Counted from the first letter of the stretch, positions 29,114 to 39,830 are shown. The stretch: 64,000 nt of DNA from Armatimonadota bacterium (GCA_046292385.1 JBKBRF010000006.1:137449-201448), one strand, 5' to 3'. The notes: a model not told the origin generated them from the sequence alone. A program made the numbers and translations.

Positions 29114-30463
29114 ATGGACTGGAAGCACATCTGGCTCTACATCAGTAACACCGACCTCGAGACCGAGCGGCGGCAGCTCGAGGAAGAGGGGAAGGAGCTC
29201 GGCCCCCTGGCGGAGGAATTCGCGCGGGTCCAGGCGCTCGACCTGGAAGACCCGGCGCACCAGCCGGCGGCGCAGTCGCTGCTCGATAAGACGATCGAGC
29301 TGCCGGTCCGCGCTGGTTTCCCCTACGAGGAGCCGTCGGACCTCGAGGGCATCCGCGCGCTCCGGCCGGCGAGCCGCCCCCAGCTCCCGCCGCTGCGCCT
29401 CTCCGACTCCGAGCTGCTCGACCGCGCCTACGGAGCCTGGCTGGGCCGGGTGGCGGGCTGCCTCCTCGGCAAGCCGGTGGAGGGGTGGCGGCGCCCGCAG
29501 ATGTGGGGTTACCTGAAGGAGACCGGGCGCTTCCCTCTCTCCGGCTACTTCAGCATGGATGCGCCCGCGGACGTGCGGGAGAAGTACGAGGTCACCGCGG
29601 AGCGGCCGTTCATCGAGACGGTCGAGTTCATGCCGGAAGACGACGACACCAACTACACCACGACCGGCCTTGCCATCATGAAACGGCACGGCGCGGAGTT
29701 CACCCCGCGCGACGTGGCCGACTTCTGGCTCCGAGAGATCCCGATCCTCCACACCTGCACCGCGGAGCGGGTTGCCTACCGCAACCTCTGCCTGCTCATC
29801 CCGCCGCCCGCCTCTGCCCGCTTCCGGAACCCGTACCGGGAGTGGATCGGCGCGCAGATCCGCGCCGACTTCTGGGGCTACGCCGCGCCGGGCGATCCGC
29901 AGCGCGCCGCGGAGTACGCCTGGCGGGACGCCTGCGTCTCCCACGTGAAGAACGGCATCTACGGTGAGATGTGGGCTGCCGCCATGATCGCCGCGGCCTT
30001 CGTGACGGACGACCTCCCCACCATCCTGGAAGCAGGCCTGGGGGAGATCCCCGCGCGCTGCCGGCTGGCGGAAGACGTCCGCGCGGTGATGGCCTGGCAC
30101 CGGGAGGGCGTCTCCTACGACGACGCCTCCGAGCGGATCCACGCGAAGTGGAACGAGACGCACGCCCACGACTGGTGCCACACGATCAGCAACGCGATGG
30201 TCGTGACCCTCGGCCTGCTCTACGGCGAGAAGCGGTTCGGCGACACGCTCACGCGGGCGGTCCAGCCCTGCTTCGACACCGACTGCAACGGCGCCACCGC
30301 CGGCTCCGTCATCGGCATCCTCCACGGCGCGAAGGAAGTCCCCGGCGACTGGACCGCCCCGTTCCGGGACACCCTCGCCACCGGCGTCACCGGCTACCAC
30401 CGCGTCCGCCTGAAAGACATGGCGGAGGAGACGGTGCGGCTGATCCACGCCTGCGGAAGCTGA
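29114..30463 (+). CDS. ADP-ribosylglycohydrolase family protein
   Basis: GAWLGRVAGCLLGKPVEG, EDDDTNYT, IGAQIRAD, DTDCNGATAGS. Confidence 0.9.
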   Translation: MDWKHIWLYISNTDLETERRQLEEEGKELGPLAEEFARVQALDLEDPAHQPAAQSLLDKTIELPVRAGFPYEEPSDLEGIRALRPASRPQLPPLRLSDSELLDRAYGAWLGRVAGCLLGKPVEGWRRPQMWGYLKETGRFPLSGYFSMDAPADVREKYEVTAERPFIETVEFMPEDDDTNYTTTGLAIMKRHGAEFTPRDVADFWLREIPILHTCTAERVAYRNLCLLIPPPASARFRNPYREWIGAQIRADFWGYAAPGDPQRAAEYAWRDACVSHVKNGIYGEMWAAAMIAAAFVTDDLPTILEAGLGEIPARCRLAEDVRAVMAWHREGVSYDDASERIHAKWNETHAHDWCHTISNAMVVTLGLLYGEKRFGDTLTRAVQPCFDTDCNGATAGSVIGILHGAKEVPGDWTAPFRDTLATGVTGYHRVRLKDMAEETVRLIHACGS

Positions 30464-30563
30464 GGGGATGTTTCAGGTTGCAGGTTGGCAGGTTACAGGC
30501 TGGGCTCGGCCTGTCAGAGGTCGTTCGACCGGCAACGCGGTACGATAGGTTGGGAGAGCATTG

Positions 30564-30968
30564 ATGAAGACGGTTTTTCCAGACTGGATCGACCAGGTTC
30601 AGGGCGTAGACTTCACCCCGGAAAAAGGGCTGCTCAGTGAACTGGAGCAGTGGGCTGCCGAGCGCGGCTGGGAGGTATCGGACGGCAGCAGCCTGCCGTC
30701 GGAGCTGCGACAGCGGACCGACGTGCTCCTCTCCCGGCCCGGCGAAGGGCGCTACTTTCGGATTTCGGTACTGCCGAAGAGCCGCGGCAGCTCCGGTCAA
30801 ATCCGGCTCGATGCCACCAGCCACGAGCCCTTCAGCCACCGGATTTTCGAGCTGATCTACCAATCGAACAAGAAGCGCTGGCGGGTGGAGGTCTCGACCG
30901 TACCGTTGGCCGATGACATTCGACAGGTTGGCTGGGACTGGCTAGAGGACCTGGCGTTTCGGCAATGA
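30564..30968 (+). CDS. Hypothetical protein, partner of the HEPN gene
   Basis: GGGAG RBS; stop overlaps the next start (ATGA). Confidence 0.65.
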   Translation: MKTVFPDWIDQVQGVDFTPEKGLLSELEQWAAERGWEVSDGSSLPSELRQRTDVLLSRPGEGRYFRISVLPKSRGSSGQIRLDATSHEPFSHRIFELIYQSNKKRWRVEVSTVPLADDIRQVGWDWLEDLAFRQ

Positions 30969-31417
30969 GCCAACGCCATCAGGCCGCCTTCAAGGCGATC
31001 CGCCGCGAATACGATGATGTCGTGGCCGCGCTGAATAGCGCCGCACGGGAGAAGAAGCGTGGGACGCCCGGCGTGCCGCACTACGACCCCGAGCGTCTCG
31101 CGGCGGCGATCGCGACGGCCGGTGACGCCTACGCGCTGCTCCTGATCGCCACGGCGGAAGGTTACCTGCGGGAGTATCTGCTGAGTATCGGTATTTCGCT
31201 CGGCAGTGAGCCGAAGCTGAGCACGCTCATCAGCAAGTCGTACAAGGAGATCAACCAGCGGACGAGCAGTGTCCAGCTACGCCCGAGCGAGCGGCAGGAA
31301 ATGGACGACCTTCGCGTCTGCAGGAACCGCTACGCGCACGGGCATGGACGGGAGGTGTTCCCATCCGTCCCGAGAGTCGAGGGAATCGTTTCACGGTTTC
31401 TCAGGCCGTTCCAGTAA
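30965..31417 (+). CDS. Putative HEPN-domain protein
   Basis: All-helical 150 aa protein with AEGYLRE and an Rx4H motif LRVCRNRYAHG. Confidence 0.6.
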   Translation: MSQRHQAAFKAIRREYDDVVAALNSAAREKKRGTPGVPHYDPERLAAAIATAGDAYALLLIATAEGYLREYLLSIGISLGSEPKLSTLISKSYKEINQRTSSVQLRPSERQEMDDLRVCRNRYAHGHGREVFPSVPRVEGIVSRFLRPFQ

Positions 31418-31433
31418 GCTCCACCAGAGCCGA

Positions 31434-34400
31434 TTACCGTCCCATCCGCTCACGGAGCCAGTCCACGGCGGGGCCGAGGGGGCCGAGGTTGGGACGGAGG
31501 CGCTCCCGGTAGAAGCGCTCCATCTGGTCGCCGAAGGAGGGCGGGGCGTCGCCGGGTTTCGGGAGGATGCTGTCGATGATCTCCCGGGCGACCGGCGCGC
31601 AGATCGTCCCGCCCGTGCCACCGGAGCGGACGTCTTCCACCAGCACCGCAAAGGCGAGGGTGCGCGGCTGCAGCTCGTGGTCGCTGGTGGCGAAGCCGAC
31701 GAACCAGGCGTGTCTCCCGGTGACGGTCCGGCTGCGGCCGCGGCTATCCCGGACCTTCTTGTCGAACTCCGCCGTACCGGTCTTGCCGCCGACGGTGATC
31801 CCCGGGAGACGCGGCGCGCCGCCACGGAAGAAGGCGGCGTGCGCGGTGCCGGAGGGGCTCTCGACGACCGACACCATCATCTCGCGCAGGCGCTCCGCTA
31901 CCTCGCGGGGGAACGGCTGGTAGGGCCGGCTGATCGGAGCGCCGGGGACCCCGTCCGCGGGGCGGCGGCCGTCCTTGGTCACCACCGCCTGCACCCAGTG
32001 CGGACGAGCGGCGGCGGAGTCCGAGAAGCCGGGGCGGGCGGCGCCCGCGGCGCCGGCGAGCATCGCCATCTCGAGCGGGCTAACTCGCGCGTCGATCTGC
32101 CCGAAGCCGGTGTACGGCAGGTGCTCCGCCAGCTCCTCCGGAGAGGGGAGGTGCTGCAGCTCCGCGTTCTCCATCGCCCGGTGGATGCGCTCGGGGCCAA
32201 GCCGCGCCGCCAGGTGGGCGAAGAAGACGTTGCAGGAGGTGGTGAGCGCGTACTCCATGCTGTCGGCCAGGCCCAGGCTGCCGTGACTACCCCGGCCGTA
32301 GTCGGCGATCTTGCCGACGTCTCGCCGCCAACGCTTGCCCTCGTACTCCCAGGTCACCGGCTCCGCATTCCGGCCGTTGCGGCAGGTGACGGTGCCCTCA
32401 ATCCCCTCATCCATTCCCGCGCCGGCGGTCAGGATCTTAAAGGCGGAGCCGGGGAAGTAGAGCGCGTCGCGGGAGAGCGCCTTGTTGGTGAGGATGCCGT
32501 TGCGCGGGTGCTGATCCGCGTACCGCTCCATGCGCTCGACGGTGAGCTCGTTCGGGTTGAAGGTCGGGAGCGTCACCGCGGCGAGGACGGCCCCGCTGGT
32601 GACGTCGTAGACCACGGCCGCGCCGCCGGTCCCCGGCTGGCTGCCCCAGCTCTTCACGGCGGAAGAGAGCTTCTCCGCGGCGAGCTCCTGCAGGTCGGCG
32701 CGCACGGTGAGCTGCAGGTCCTGCGGCTGCGGCGGGCGCACGACCGGGTTGTTCCGGTTCCGGAAGTACCACGGCAGCTCGTCCGGCTGGTAGCCGCGCA
32801 GCAGCGGGTCGGCGGAGGTCTCCACGCTGGCGGACTGCGCCTGGAAGCGGCCGTCGGTGGTCCAGCCGACCAACTGCGCCATGGTGTCGCCCAGCGGGTA
32901 GTAGCGCTTGCCTTCGCCGCCCTGGCGCTCCGAGCGCTCCACGCGGCGCGCGAACGCGGGCGACTCGTCCCGGATCGCGGCCAGGTCGTCTTCGTTCGGA
33001 TTGGAGACGGCGAGCAGCTTCGCGTCGGCGCTGAAGACGCGCCCCCGGGGGAACTGGCGCCGGTACCGCTCCAGGTACGGGTTCTGGAAGACGACCTTCT
33101 CCCGCGCCCGCCCGATGCTCTGCGCCGGCTGCAGCAGGATGCGATCTCCCAGGATCCAGGGACAGCCGTACAGGATCAGCCCGATCGCCGGCAGCGCGAA
33201 GGAGAAGGTGATCGGCCGGGAGAGCCGCGTGATGCCGCGAAGCACCTCCGGAGTCGCCTCGGTCGCGTCCGGGACGTGCCGGGTGGGGCGAGAGAGGTTC
33301 CAGATCGTCCCCAGCGCCAGGGCGGAGGCGATGAAGTTGGTCAGACCGGTGCTGATGAACGGAACGTTGATCCCGGTGAACGGGAAGACCCGGACCATCG
33401 CCCCGCAGATCCAGACCGCCTGGAACGCCAGGAGGCTGGTGAGACAGAACGCCAGCAGGCGGGTGCGGTCGGTCGGCGCGCGCCGCGCCGCCAGCATTCC
33501 CCGCCAGGTGAGCGCGGCGAAGAGCCCCAGCAGCGCGAGGCCGGTCCAGAGACCCATCGTCGCCGCTACGCCCGCGAAGGCGGCGTCGTTCCGCGCCAGC
33601 GGGAGGTAGGTGGGCAGGTTCTGCGTGCCGACCCCCATGCCGGTCCAGCCGCCGGAGGCGATCGCCCAGAGAATACGCGCCTGGTGGTCGCCATTCGGGA
33701 AATCGGTCACCCACGGGCTCCACCACATCTCCATCCGGTTCCGCAGCGTGTGGAACGCCAGGTTCTTCCAGGTGGGGATCGCAATCACCAGCGCGAAGCC
33801 GGCGCCGAGCAGCAGCGGCGTCAGGAGGCGACCGGTCGCCGCGTAGAGCGCGGAGAGGGTGAGGACGATGATGACGGCAGCCGGGCCGAAGTCGCGGAAG
33901 GCGTAGAAGAAGAGGCAGTAGAGCAGCACCGTGGCGAGCACCACCACCAGCTCGGTCCGCCGCTCCATCTGCAGCCGGTTCAGAGGCCAGAACCCGGCCA
34001 GCGGCTCCCGGAGGCTCCGGAGAACGCGGCTGTTGCGGCCGAGGTAATCGGCCAGGAAGAAGGCGACTGCCAGCCGGATCAGCTCGCTCGGGGTGAAGCG
34101 GATGCCGCCCGGAAGCTGCACCTGGATGAGGGCGCCGTTCTCCGCGCGGACGCCGCCGATCAATAGCAGGAGCGCGAGCAACGCCATCCCGCCGAGCAGG
34201 AGCGCGTGGAACGGGATCGACTCGTAGTAGGGCCGGTCGCCCGCCAGCCGCCACCAGACCTTCTCCTCCAGCAGCACGCTGAGCCGCCGGAAGTACTTTC
34301 CGCCCGCGGTCACCAGCGCCAGGACCGCGATCCCGGTCAACGCGCTGCGGATGTACAGCTCCGGCGTCAGCCCCGGCGAGGCCGGGCCGCGGAGGTCGAG

Positions 34401-34709
34401 ATGGTACGCTCCGCCGATCAGCAGGATCAGCGAGAGGACCGGCAGGATCACCTGGTCGCCATCGAACCGGGTCGCCGCCAGCGCTACGTGCAGCGCCAAG
34501 CACGCGCCCCAGACGGTCGCCAGCGCCAGCAGGGCCGGCATCAGCGCCTCGGACGGGTGACGCTGCGCCAGAGACGCCCCCCACGCTGCCAGCAACAAGA
34601 GCGGCAGGTTCCAGAGCAGCAGGGTCCGCTCGAGGGAGCGTCCGTGCAGGAAGGCGGAGGTCCAGGAGACCGCCTTGACCGGGGCCGTGGTTTCGATGGC
34701 GCTTGCCAT
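31434..34709 (-). CDS. FtsW/RodA (SEDS) glycosyltransferase fused to a penicillin-binding transpeptidase
   Basis: Multi-TM SEDS motifs (TPSE, RDFG, GGWTGMG, PFTGINVPFIS) followed by PRGRVF, RYYPLG and PBP motifs SAFK, SCN, KTGT. Confidence 0.92.
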   Translation of the reverse strand: MASAIETTAPVKAVSWTSAFLHGRSLERTLLLWNLPLLLLAAWGASLAQRHPSEALMPALLALATVWGACLALHVALAATRFDGDQVILPVLSLILLIGGAYHLDLRGPASPGLTPELYIRSALTGIAVLALVTAGGKYFRRLSVLLEEKVWWRLAGDRPYYESIPFHALLLGGMALLALLLLIGGVRAENGALIQVQLPGGIRFTPSELIRLAVAFFLADYLGRNSRVLRSLREPLAGFWPLNRLQMERRTELVVVLATVLLYCLFFYAFRDFGPAAVIIVLTLSALYAATGRLLTPLLLGAGFALVIAIPTWKNLAFHTLRNRMEMWWSPWVTDFPNGDHQARILWAIASGGWTGMGVGTQNLPTYLPLARNDAAFAGVAATMGLWTGLALLGLFAALTWRGMLAARRAPTDRTRLLAFCLTSLLAFQAVWICGAMVRVFPFTGINVPFISTGLTNFIASALALGTIWNLSRPTRHVPDATEATPEVLRGITRLSRPITFSFALPAIGLILYGCPWILGDRILLQPAQSIGRAREKVVFQNPYLERYRRQFPRGRVFSADAKLLAVSNPNEDDLAAIRDESPAFARRVERSERQGGEGKRYYPLGDTMAQLVGWTTDGRFQAQSASVETSADPLLRGYQPDELPWYFRNRNNPVVRPPQPQDLQLTVRADLQELAAEKLSSAVKSWGSQPGTGGAAVVYDVTSGAVLAAVTLPTFNPNELTVERMERYADQHPRNGILTNKALSRDALYFPGSAFKILTAGAGMDEGIEGTVTCRNGRNAEPVTWEYEGKRWRRDVGKIADYGRGSHGSLGLADSMEYALTTSCNVFFAHLAARLGPERIHRAMENAELQHLPSPEELAEHLPYTGFGQIDARVSPLEMAMLAGAAGAARPGFSDSAAARPHWVQAVVTKDGRRPADGVPGAPISRPYQPFPREVAERLREMMVSVVESPSGTAHAAFFRGGAPRLPGITVGGKTGTAEFDKKVRDSRGRSRTVTGRHAWFVGFATSDHELQPRTLAFAVLVEDVRSGGTGGTICAPVAREIIDSILPKPGDAPPSFGDQMERFYRERLRPNLGPLGPAVDWLRERMGR

Positions 34710-35090
34710 GCTTGAGGGGAGATGAAAGCCGGAAAGATGAAAGATCGGGCCGCACGGTGCCGGCGGCCCTCGCACGTACTACGGTATCAGGCTCGACGTC
34801 GTTCGCGTGGCCGTGCGGCGGCGTCGCCTATAGGAACGGCTCTGCGTGCGAGAGCGTTACTCTCGTCCGCCGGAGTGCCGACGCTACCAAAGAGACAGAG
34901 CACCGGGCCGGGGATAGGGGCGACCACGGCTTCCGCGCTCCGCGCTCTCCACGACTCCGTATCCCCATTCTTTGAAAACAATCATTGCGTCGGTAGAGGT
35001 GCAAGCGGACGGCAGGTTGAAGTATTGTTTGGCGCCTTTCAATAATCGCGCCGCTCCATCATCCCGCTGAGCTTCTCCCGAGGTCCGTCC

Positions 35091-38000
35091 ATGCGCCGCC
35101 TCTATTCCTCTCGCCTCCCGCTCACCCTGGGGATCGTCCTGCTTGCCTCCGCGGCGGGCGGCTGGTCCGCAGAAGACTACCGCGGCGCCGGGGCCGTGCT
35201 CCGGCAGCTCGAGATGCGCCGGACCGCGCCGCCGGAGGCGGCGGAGCCGGACCATCCCGGCGGTATCCTGCGGAAGGACCTGGCCGCCTTCCGGGAAAAG
35301 TCGGCCGCCCTGCCGCCGCAGGAGGCGGCACGTGAGTGGCTGCGGCTCGTCGACCGGTACCAGAGCCTGGACGCCGAGGCGATCGCCCGGACCCACGAAG
35401 GCGGGATGCCGCTGGGCTTCGACAGCGTCGTCGCCGCCCTGCCGCCGCCACCGGCGTGGAACGCCCTTGCAGCCGCCATACAGGCGCGCCAGCCGGGTCC
35501 GGCGAACCGCCGGATCGCCAACCTTTCGCTGCTGCTCCTGGCGCACACGCTCACCGGCGACAACGCCGCCCAGTGGCGCGACCTCGCCGCGCTGGAGGCG
35601 CTCGCCGCTAAGGGAGCTCCGGAGGAGCGGCTCCAGTTCGCCTATCCGGTTCTGCAGCTCAACCAGACGCTGGCGGAGCAGTCGGCCGATCCCCAGCGGA
35701 TCCTGAAGGGGATCGAGGCGCGGCTGTCTCTGATGAAGGTGCAGGGGGCGCACGTGCCGGGCAGGACGACTCTGGAGCTGCCGGACCTCGTGTCGCTGGT
35801 CGGCCCGGCGAAGGCGGAGGCGCTCCTGCGCCGCTACCTGCTGGAGCCGCGCGTGGAGATCTCGATCAGCAGCGGCCGGGCGACCCTGCAGCTGGCCCGC
35901 CAGCTCACGCTGGAGCTGCTCCCGAAGCTGAAGACGCCGCAGTGGACCCTCGCCCACTCGACGGATGCGGTCCGTCTCTACGAAGCGCTGGCGAAGCGGT
36001 TCCCCGAGCCGAAGGCGCCCGCCCCGCGCCCGGCGGCCCCGCCAATCGAGGCGCTGATGGAGTCCCGCAGCGACGGCGGCCACTCCACCCGGGATACGGC
36101 CCGCGTCTACTACATGCTCGGCCTCATCGCCGCCGGCCGCACCAAGGAAGCCGCCGCCCTGCTCCCGAAGGTCCGGAGCCAGGCGAGCGTGTACGGACTT
36201 TCCGAGGCGGGAATGGTGAGCCTCGAAAAGGCCGGCTTCGCTCGCGCCCTGACCGAGTTCCTGCAGGCGGCGCTGATGAAAGATCCCTCGCTGCCGCTCT
36301 GGTCGCTCTACATCTCCACCGCCGCGGCCGCGAACCGGACCGGGGAGCTGCTCGGCACGCTGCGCGCCGCGCTGGCGCGACCTCAGCTTCCCGCGGAGCG
36401 CCGGCAGGAGCTGCAGGAGTACCTGTACCGGGCGCTGCTGGCCGCGGACCAGGTGGACGAAGGGGCCGCGCTGCTGCGGAAGCTGCTGGCGCAGGAAGGC
36501 GGCGAAGAGCGCGTGGAGCGCGTCGGTCACGCGGTGACCCTCGCGAATCTGGGCCACTTGCTGAAGAAGCCCGAGTGGGTGGAAGAAGGGGTGAAGGTCG
36601 CGCGGGAGACGCTGGCCGGCAACCCGGACGGGCGCTACTTCGTGGGGTCGTTCGTCGACCTGATGCTCGATCTCGGCCGCGGCCCGGAGGCGGAGCAGCT
36701 GCTCATCGACCTGCTCGGCCGCGCCCAGCCGGAGGGCTTCGGCGGCGACGAAGCGGAGGACCGGGAGATCCTGATCACGCTCGCCGGTCTCTATCACCGC
36801 GCCGGGCGGCACGCGGACGTCCTGACCCTGCTGGACCGCGCTCCGAGCTGGGGCGCGACCGATCTCTCCGCAGTCCTGCTGGCGGCCGACGAGCGGGACA
36901 ACGTCCTCGGCTACCTTGCCGCCGCGGCACTCGCTAAAGCCGGCTCGAACGAGATGGCGGAGCGGATCCTGCAGACGGTGCTGCGGGTGCGGAACAACTA
37001 CGACCCGGCCTACGCGCTGCTGGTGGAGCTGAAGGGGCAGGAAGCGCTGCCGCTGCTGGACGACCTGGCGGCGCGCGACCGTTTCGAAGAGCGCCCGCTG
37101 ATCTGGAAGGCCTACCTGCTCCTCAAGGCGGGCCGCCTGGAAGAAGCGGAGAAGGCGGCGCGAGAGGCGGTCTCGATCGACCCGTCCGACGGCGAGCAGA
37201 AGTTCGGGCGGCGGATGCGCGTCTACGCCATCCTGGCCGACATCCGCGAAGCCCGCGGCGACCAGAAGGAAGCGGCGCTCTTCCGCGGCGCGGTGCGTGC
37301 CATCCGGATGAGTGAAGAGGCCGACCAGCTCTATGCGGCCGGGCTGCTGGATCGCGGGATCCGGCTCTACAAAGAGGCGCTCACCCACTTCGCGGACGCC
37401 TACTGCATCCAGTCGCGCCTGGCGGTCCAGCTCGCGCAGCAGGGCAAGCACGAGGAGGCGGCGCTCCACTACCGCCGTGCCTTCGAGCTGATGCCGGACA
37501 GCTTCGGCCGGATGGAGACGCACTGCTTCGGCTGCGAGGGCGTCTTCTCCGGGTCGCAGGCGCAGGGCATCGCGGAACGCGTCTTCCAGGAGCTGGTGCA
37601 GAAGACCCCGGAGAAGCCGCAGGTGCACTACCTCCTCGGCTACCTCCGCGAAAGCCAGGAGCGCTACAAGGAAGCGCTGGCCCACTTCAAGACCGCCGTG
37701 GCGAAGGACCCGGACTACATCAACGCCTGGCAGCATATCCAGTCGCTCGACAGCTACATCTACGTCACGCCCGCGGACCGGAATGCGGCCGCGCTGAACC
37801 TGCTGCGGCTCGACCCGCTGCGCCGGCACGTGGAGCCGGATCTCGGAACCGTCTCCGACCTCCGCGCGCTCTGGCAGGCCGTCGACGCAGCCCGCAAGGA
37901 GCTTCCGCCGACGCTGCCGGAGACGATCTACCCGCTCGCGGCAAGCAAAGAGCTGATCGAGAAGCGCGAGGCGCTCAACCCGGAGCTGGCGGCACAGCGG

Positions 38001-38189
38001 AACCAGATACACGCCTTCAGCATGATGCGCAGCCGGTTCGGCGGCGGCTATCCCGGGACGGGAGACCGCCAGCCGCAGCCGCTCCCACCTCCGGCGGAAG
38101 TGCTCTCCGAACACAACATCCTATCCCAGGTGGGGCAGTTGATCGACTCGTCCCGGGAGTCCGGAGTGAGAGTGTTCTTCGATCAGTGA
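35091..38189 (+). CDS. Large secreted tetratricopeptide-repeat protein
   Basis: Signal peptide, TPR-like helices in the C-terminal half, HCFGCEG motif. Confidence 0.8.
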   Translation: MRRLYSSRLPLTLGIVLLASAAGGWSAEDYRGAGAVLRQLEMRRTAPPEAAEPDHPGGILRKDLAAFREKSAALPPQEAAREWLRLVDRYQSLDAEAIARTHEGGMPLGFDSVVAALPPPPAWNALAAAIQARQPGPANRRIANLSLLLLAHTLTGDNAAQWRDLAALEALAAKGAPEERLQFAYPVLQLNQTLAEQSADPQRILKGIEARLSLMKVQGAHVPGRTTLELPDLVSLVGPAKAEALLRRYLLEPRVEISISSGRATLQLARQLTLELLPKLKTPQWTLAHSTDAVRLYEALAKRFPEPKAPAPRPAAPPIEALMESRSDGGHSTRDTARVYYMLGLIAAGRTKEAAALLPKVRSQASVYGLSEAGMVSLEKAGFARALTEFLQAALMKDPSLPLWSLYISTAAAANRTGELLGTLRAALARPQLPAERRQELQEYLYRALLAADQVDEGAALLRKLLAQEGGEERVERVGHAVTLANLGHLLKKPEWVEEGVKVARETLAGNPDGRYFVGSFVDLMLDLGRGPEAEQLLIDLLGRAQPEGFGGDEAEDREILITLAGLYHRAGRHADVLTLLDRAPSWGATDLSAVLLAADERDNVLGYLAAAALAKAGSNEMAERILQTVLRVRNNYDPAYALLVELKGQEALPLLDDLAARDRFEERPLIWKAYLLLKAGRLEEAEKAAREAVSIDPSDGEQKFGRRMRVYAILADIREARGDQKEAALFRGAVRAIRMSEEADQLYAAGLLDRGIRLYKEALTHFADAYCIQSRLAVQLAQQGKHEEAALHYRRAFELMPDSFGRMETHCFGCEGVFSGSQAQGIAERVFQELVQKTPEKPQVHYLLGYLRESQERYKEALAHFKTAVAKDPDYINAWQHIQSLDSYIYVTPADRNAAALNLLRLDPLRRHVEPDLGTVSDLRALWQAVDAARKELPPTLPETIYPLAASKELIEKREALNPELAAQRNQIHAFSMMRSRFGGGYPGTGDRQPQPLPPPAEVLSEHNILSQVGQLIDSSRESGVRVFFDQ

Positions 38190-38246
38190 GGCGTCTCGCT
38201 CGCCAGCGGGCCCACGGAGCGGATCCCTGGGCGCGCTGGCGAGAAA

Positions 38247-38440
38247 CTGTTGGCGAAACCGGGAGGCTCGCTTCCGCACTCCACAGACCGGACCGGAAGC
38301 GAGTCCCTCTGGTGCAAAGGGAGACTGCCTCGGTGAAGTCTGTGGAGTGCGGTGGCTCGCCACCGCTTCCCCGCCAGGGGAATCTCGCCGGAGCGCTCGG
38401 CCGTCGGTCATCATCCTGCCCAGGCTGGTTTCGCCAACGG
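38247..38440. repeat. ~194 bp MITE-like element between convergent genes
   Basis: Terminal inverted repeats CTGTTGGCGAAACC / GGTTTCGCCAACGG; internal perfect 15 bp inverted repeat CCGCACTCCACAGAC; homologous to 49748-50353. Confidence 0.72.
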
Positions 38441-38489
38441 GAGACGACGTGTCGGCTGCATCCCGCGTGAAGTGGGAAACCCCTGCGGG

Positions 38490-39830
38490 TCAGACCGCTT
38501 CCACGATCAACAGCGTATCTCCCACCGCGATCACGTCTCCGGGCAGGAGCCCGGACCGGACCACCCGCACGCCGTTGACGCGCGTGCCGTTGCGGCTCCC
38601 GAGGTCCCGCAGGACCCAGGCGCCGCTCCGCGGCTCGATGCGGGCGTGGTGGCGGCTCACCTTGGCGTCGGCCAGGCGGATGCGGTTGTCCTCTTCCCGC
38701 CCGATCGTCACCGTCCCCCCGAGGGGGATCAGCGACTGTTCCACGCGCAGGGCCAGGCCGGAGACGGGTGGCATGGCGATCGTTCGGTCCTCCGGGTCGG
38801 GTAGGGGCTGGGCCAGCTCGCCCGGCGACGCGTGTCCCGCGGCGGCCGGCGCGCCGATGACGGTGGTCTCGCTCTCCAGGATCTGCTGCACGTGCGCCGC
38901 GAGAGGGGAGGGGGTGCCCGCCACGCCGCCGGGAAACCGCGGATGGCGGAACCGGAAGCAGTGCTTGCCGATCTCCACCAGCGCGCCGTCCCAGAGGGCA
39001 GCCTGCCGGACCGGCTCCCCATTCACGTGCAGCATCGGGATCGCGGATACCTCCCGGATCACCGGGGTGGGGGTGAGGGTCAGGACTGCCTGTTCGGCGG
39101 CGAGCGAGCGGTCGCCAAACAGCGGCACTTCCGCCGAGTCGCTGCGCCCGATTCGCGTGGGGCTGCGATAGATCGGGACGATCTGCCCTTCCCGGGGCTC
39201 CGAGAGGAAAGCGAGCCAGCAGGCGCGGCAGACCTGATCGCCGAGGGCCAGGCCCAGCGCGGCGGCGGCTCCGAAGACGACCATCACCGGCAGCGGCGCG
39301 AGCTCGGGTCCCAGGAGAGCGCCGATCGGGAGCGCGAGCAAGCCGCCGACGAGGCCGCCCAGGCTGCCGCCGCCCGCCGCCGCCGCGGCACGCCGGCTCG
39401 AGCGGGAGAGCAGCCCGAGCGAGGCGCCCGCCGTCGCACCGGTCACGAGCCCGGCGGGAACGAGCGGAACCGGTGCCGCCGCGAGCACGCCGGAGATCAG
39501 GATCCCGGCGGCGAGCCCCAGCGCCGCGCCGATTCCCCCGGCCAGGGCGCCGCGGCGGGCGAGGCGGGTCGCGCTGCCGCTCCGGAGCTCGTCCGCGGCG
39601 GCGAGGGCCGCGCTGAGCGTGCTGGTGGTGACGAGACTGAAGGCGAGCAGCGGAGGAGCGATCCACTCCGAGTCCGGCATACTCGAGGCGAGCCAGCGGC
39701 TGGCGGGCGCGGTGAGGTGGAACGCCACGAAGCCCGCCGCCGCGCCGGCCAGGCACTGCGTCCGGACCGCCTGCGCCGCGCCGGGGTCGAGCAGCCGGGA
39801 GAAGACCGTGCGCCGCGCGATCAGGTTCAC
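38490..39830 (-). CDS. Multi-pass membrane protein with two FHA domains
   Basis: Gly/Ala-rich TM region; degenerate FHA (IGRSD..VNGE) and canonical FHA (IGR..N, VSRHHA, DLGSRNGTRVNG). Confidence 0.85.
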   Translation of the reverse strand: MNLIARRTVFSRLLDPGAAQAVRTQCLAGAAAGFVAFHLTAPASRWLASSMPDSEWIAPPLLAFSLVTTSTLSAALAAADELRSGSATRLARRGALAGGIGAALGLAAGILISGVLAAAPVPLVPAGLVTGATAGASLGLLSRSSRRAAAAAGGGSLGGLVGGLLALPIGALLGPELAPLPVMVVFGAAAALGLALGDQVCRACWLAFLSEPREGQIVPIYRSPTRIGRSDSAEVPLFGDRSLAAEQAVLTLTPTPVIREVSAIPMLHVNGEPVRQAALWDGALVEIGKHCFRFRHPRFPGGVAGTPSPLAAHVQQILESETTVIGAPAAAGHASPGELAQPLPDPEDRTIAMPPVSGLALRVEQSLIPLGGTVTIGREEDNRIRLADAKVSRHHARIEPRSGAWVLRDLGSRNGTRVNGVRVVRSGLLPGDVIAVGDTLLIVEAV

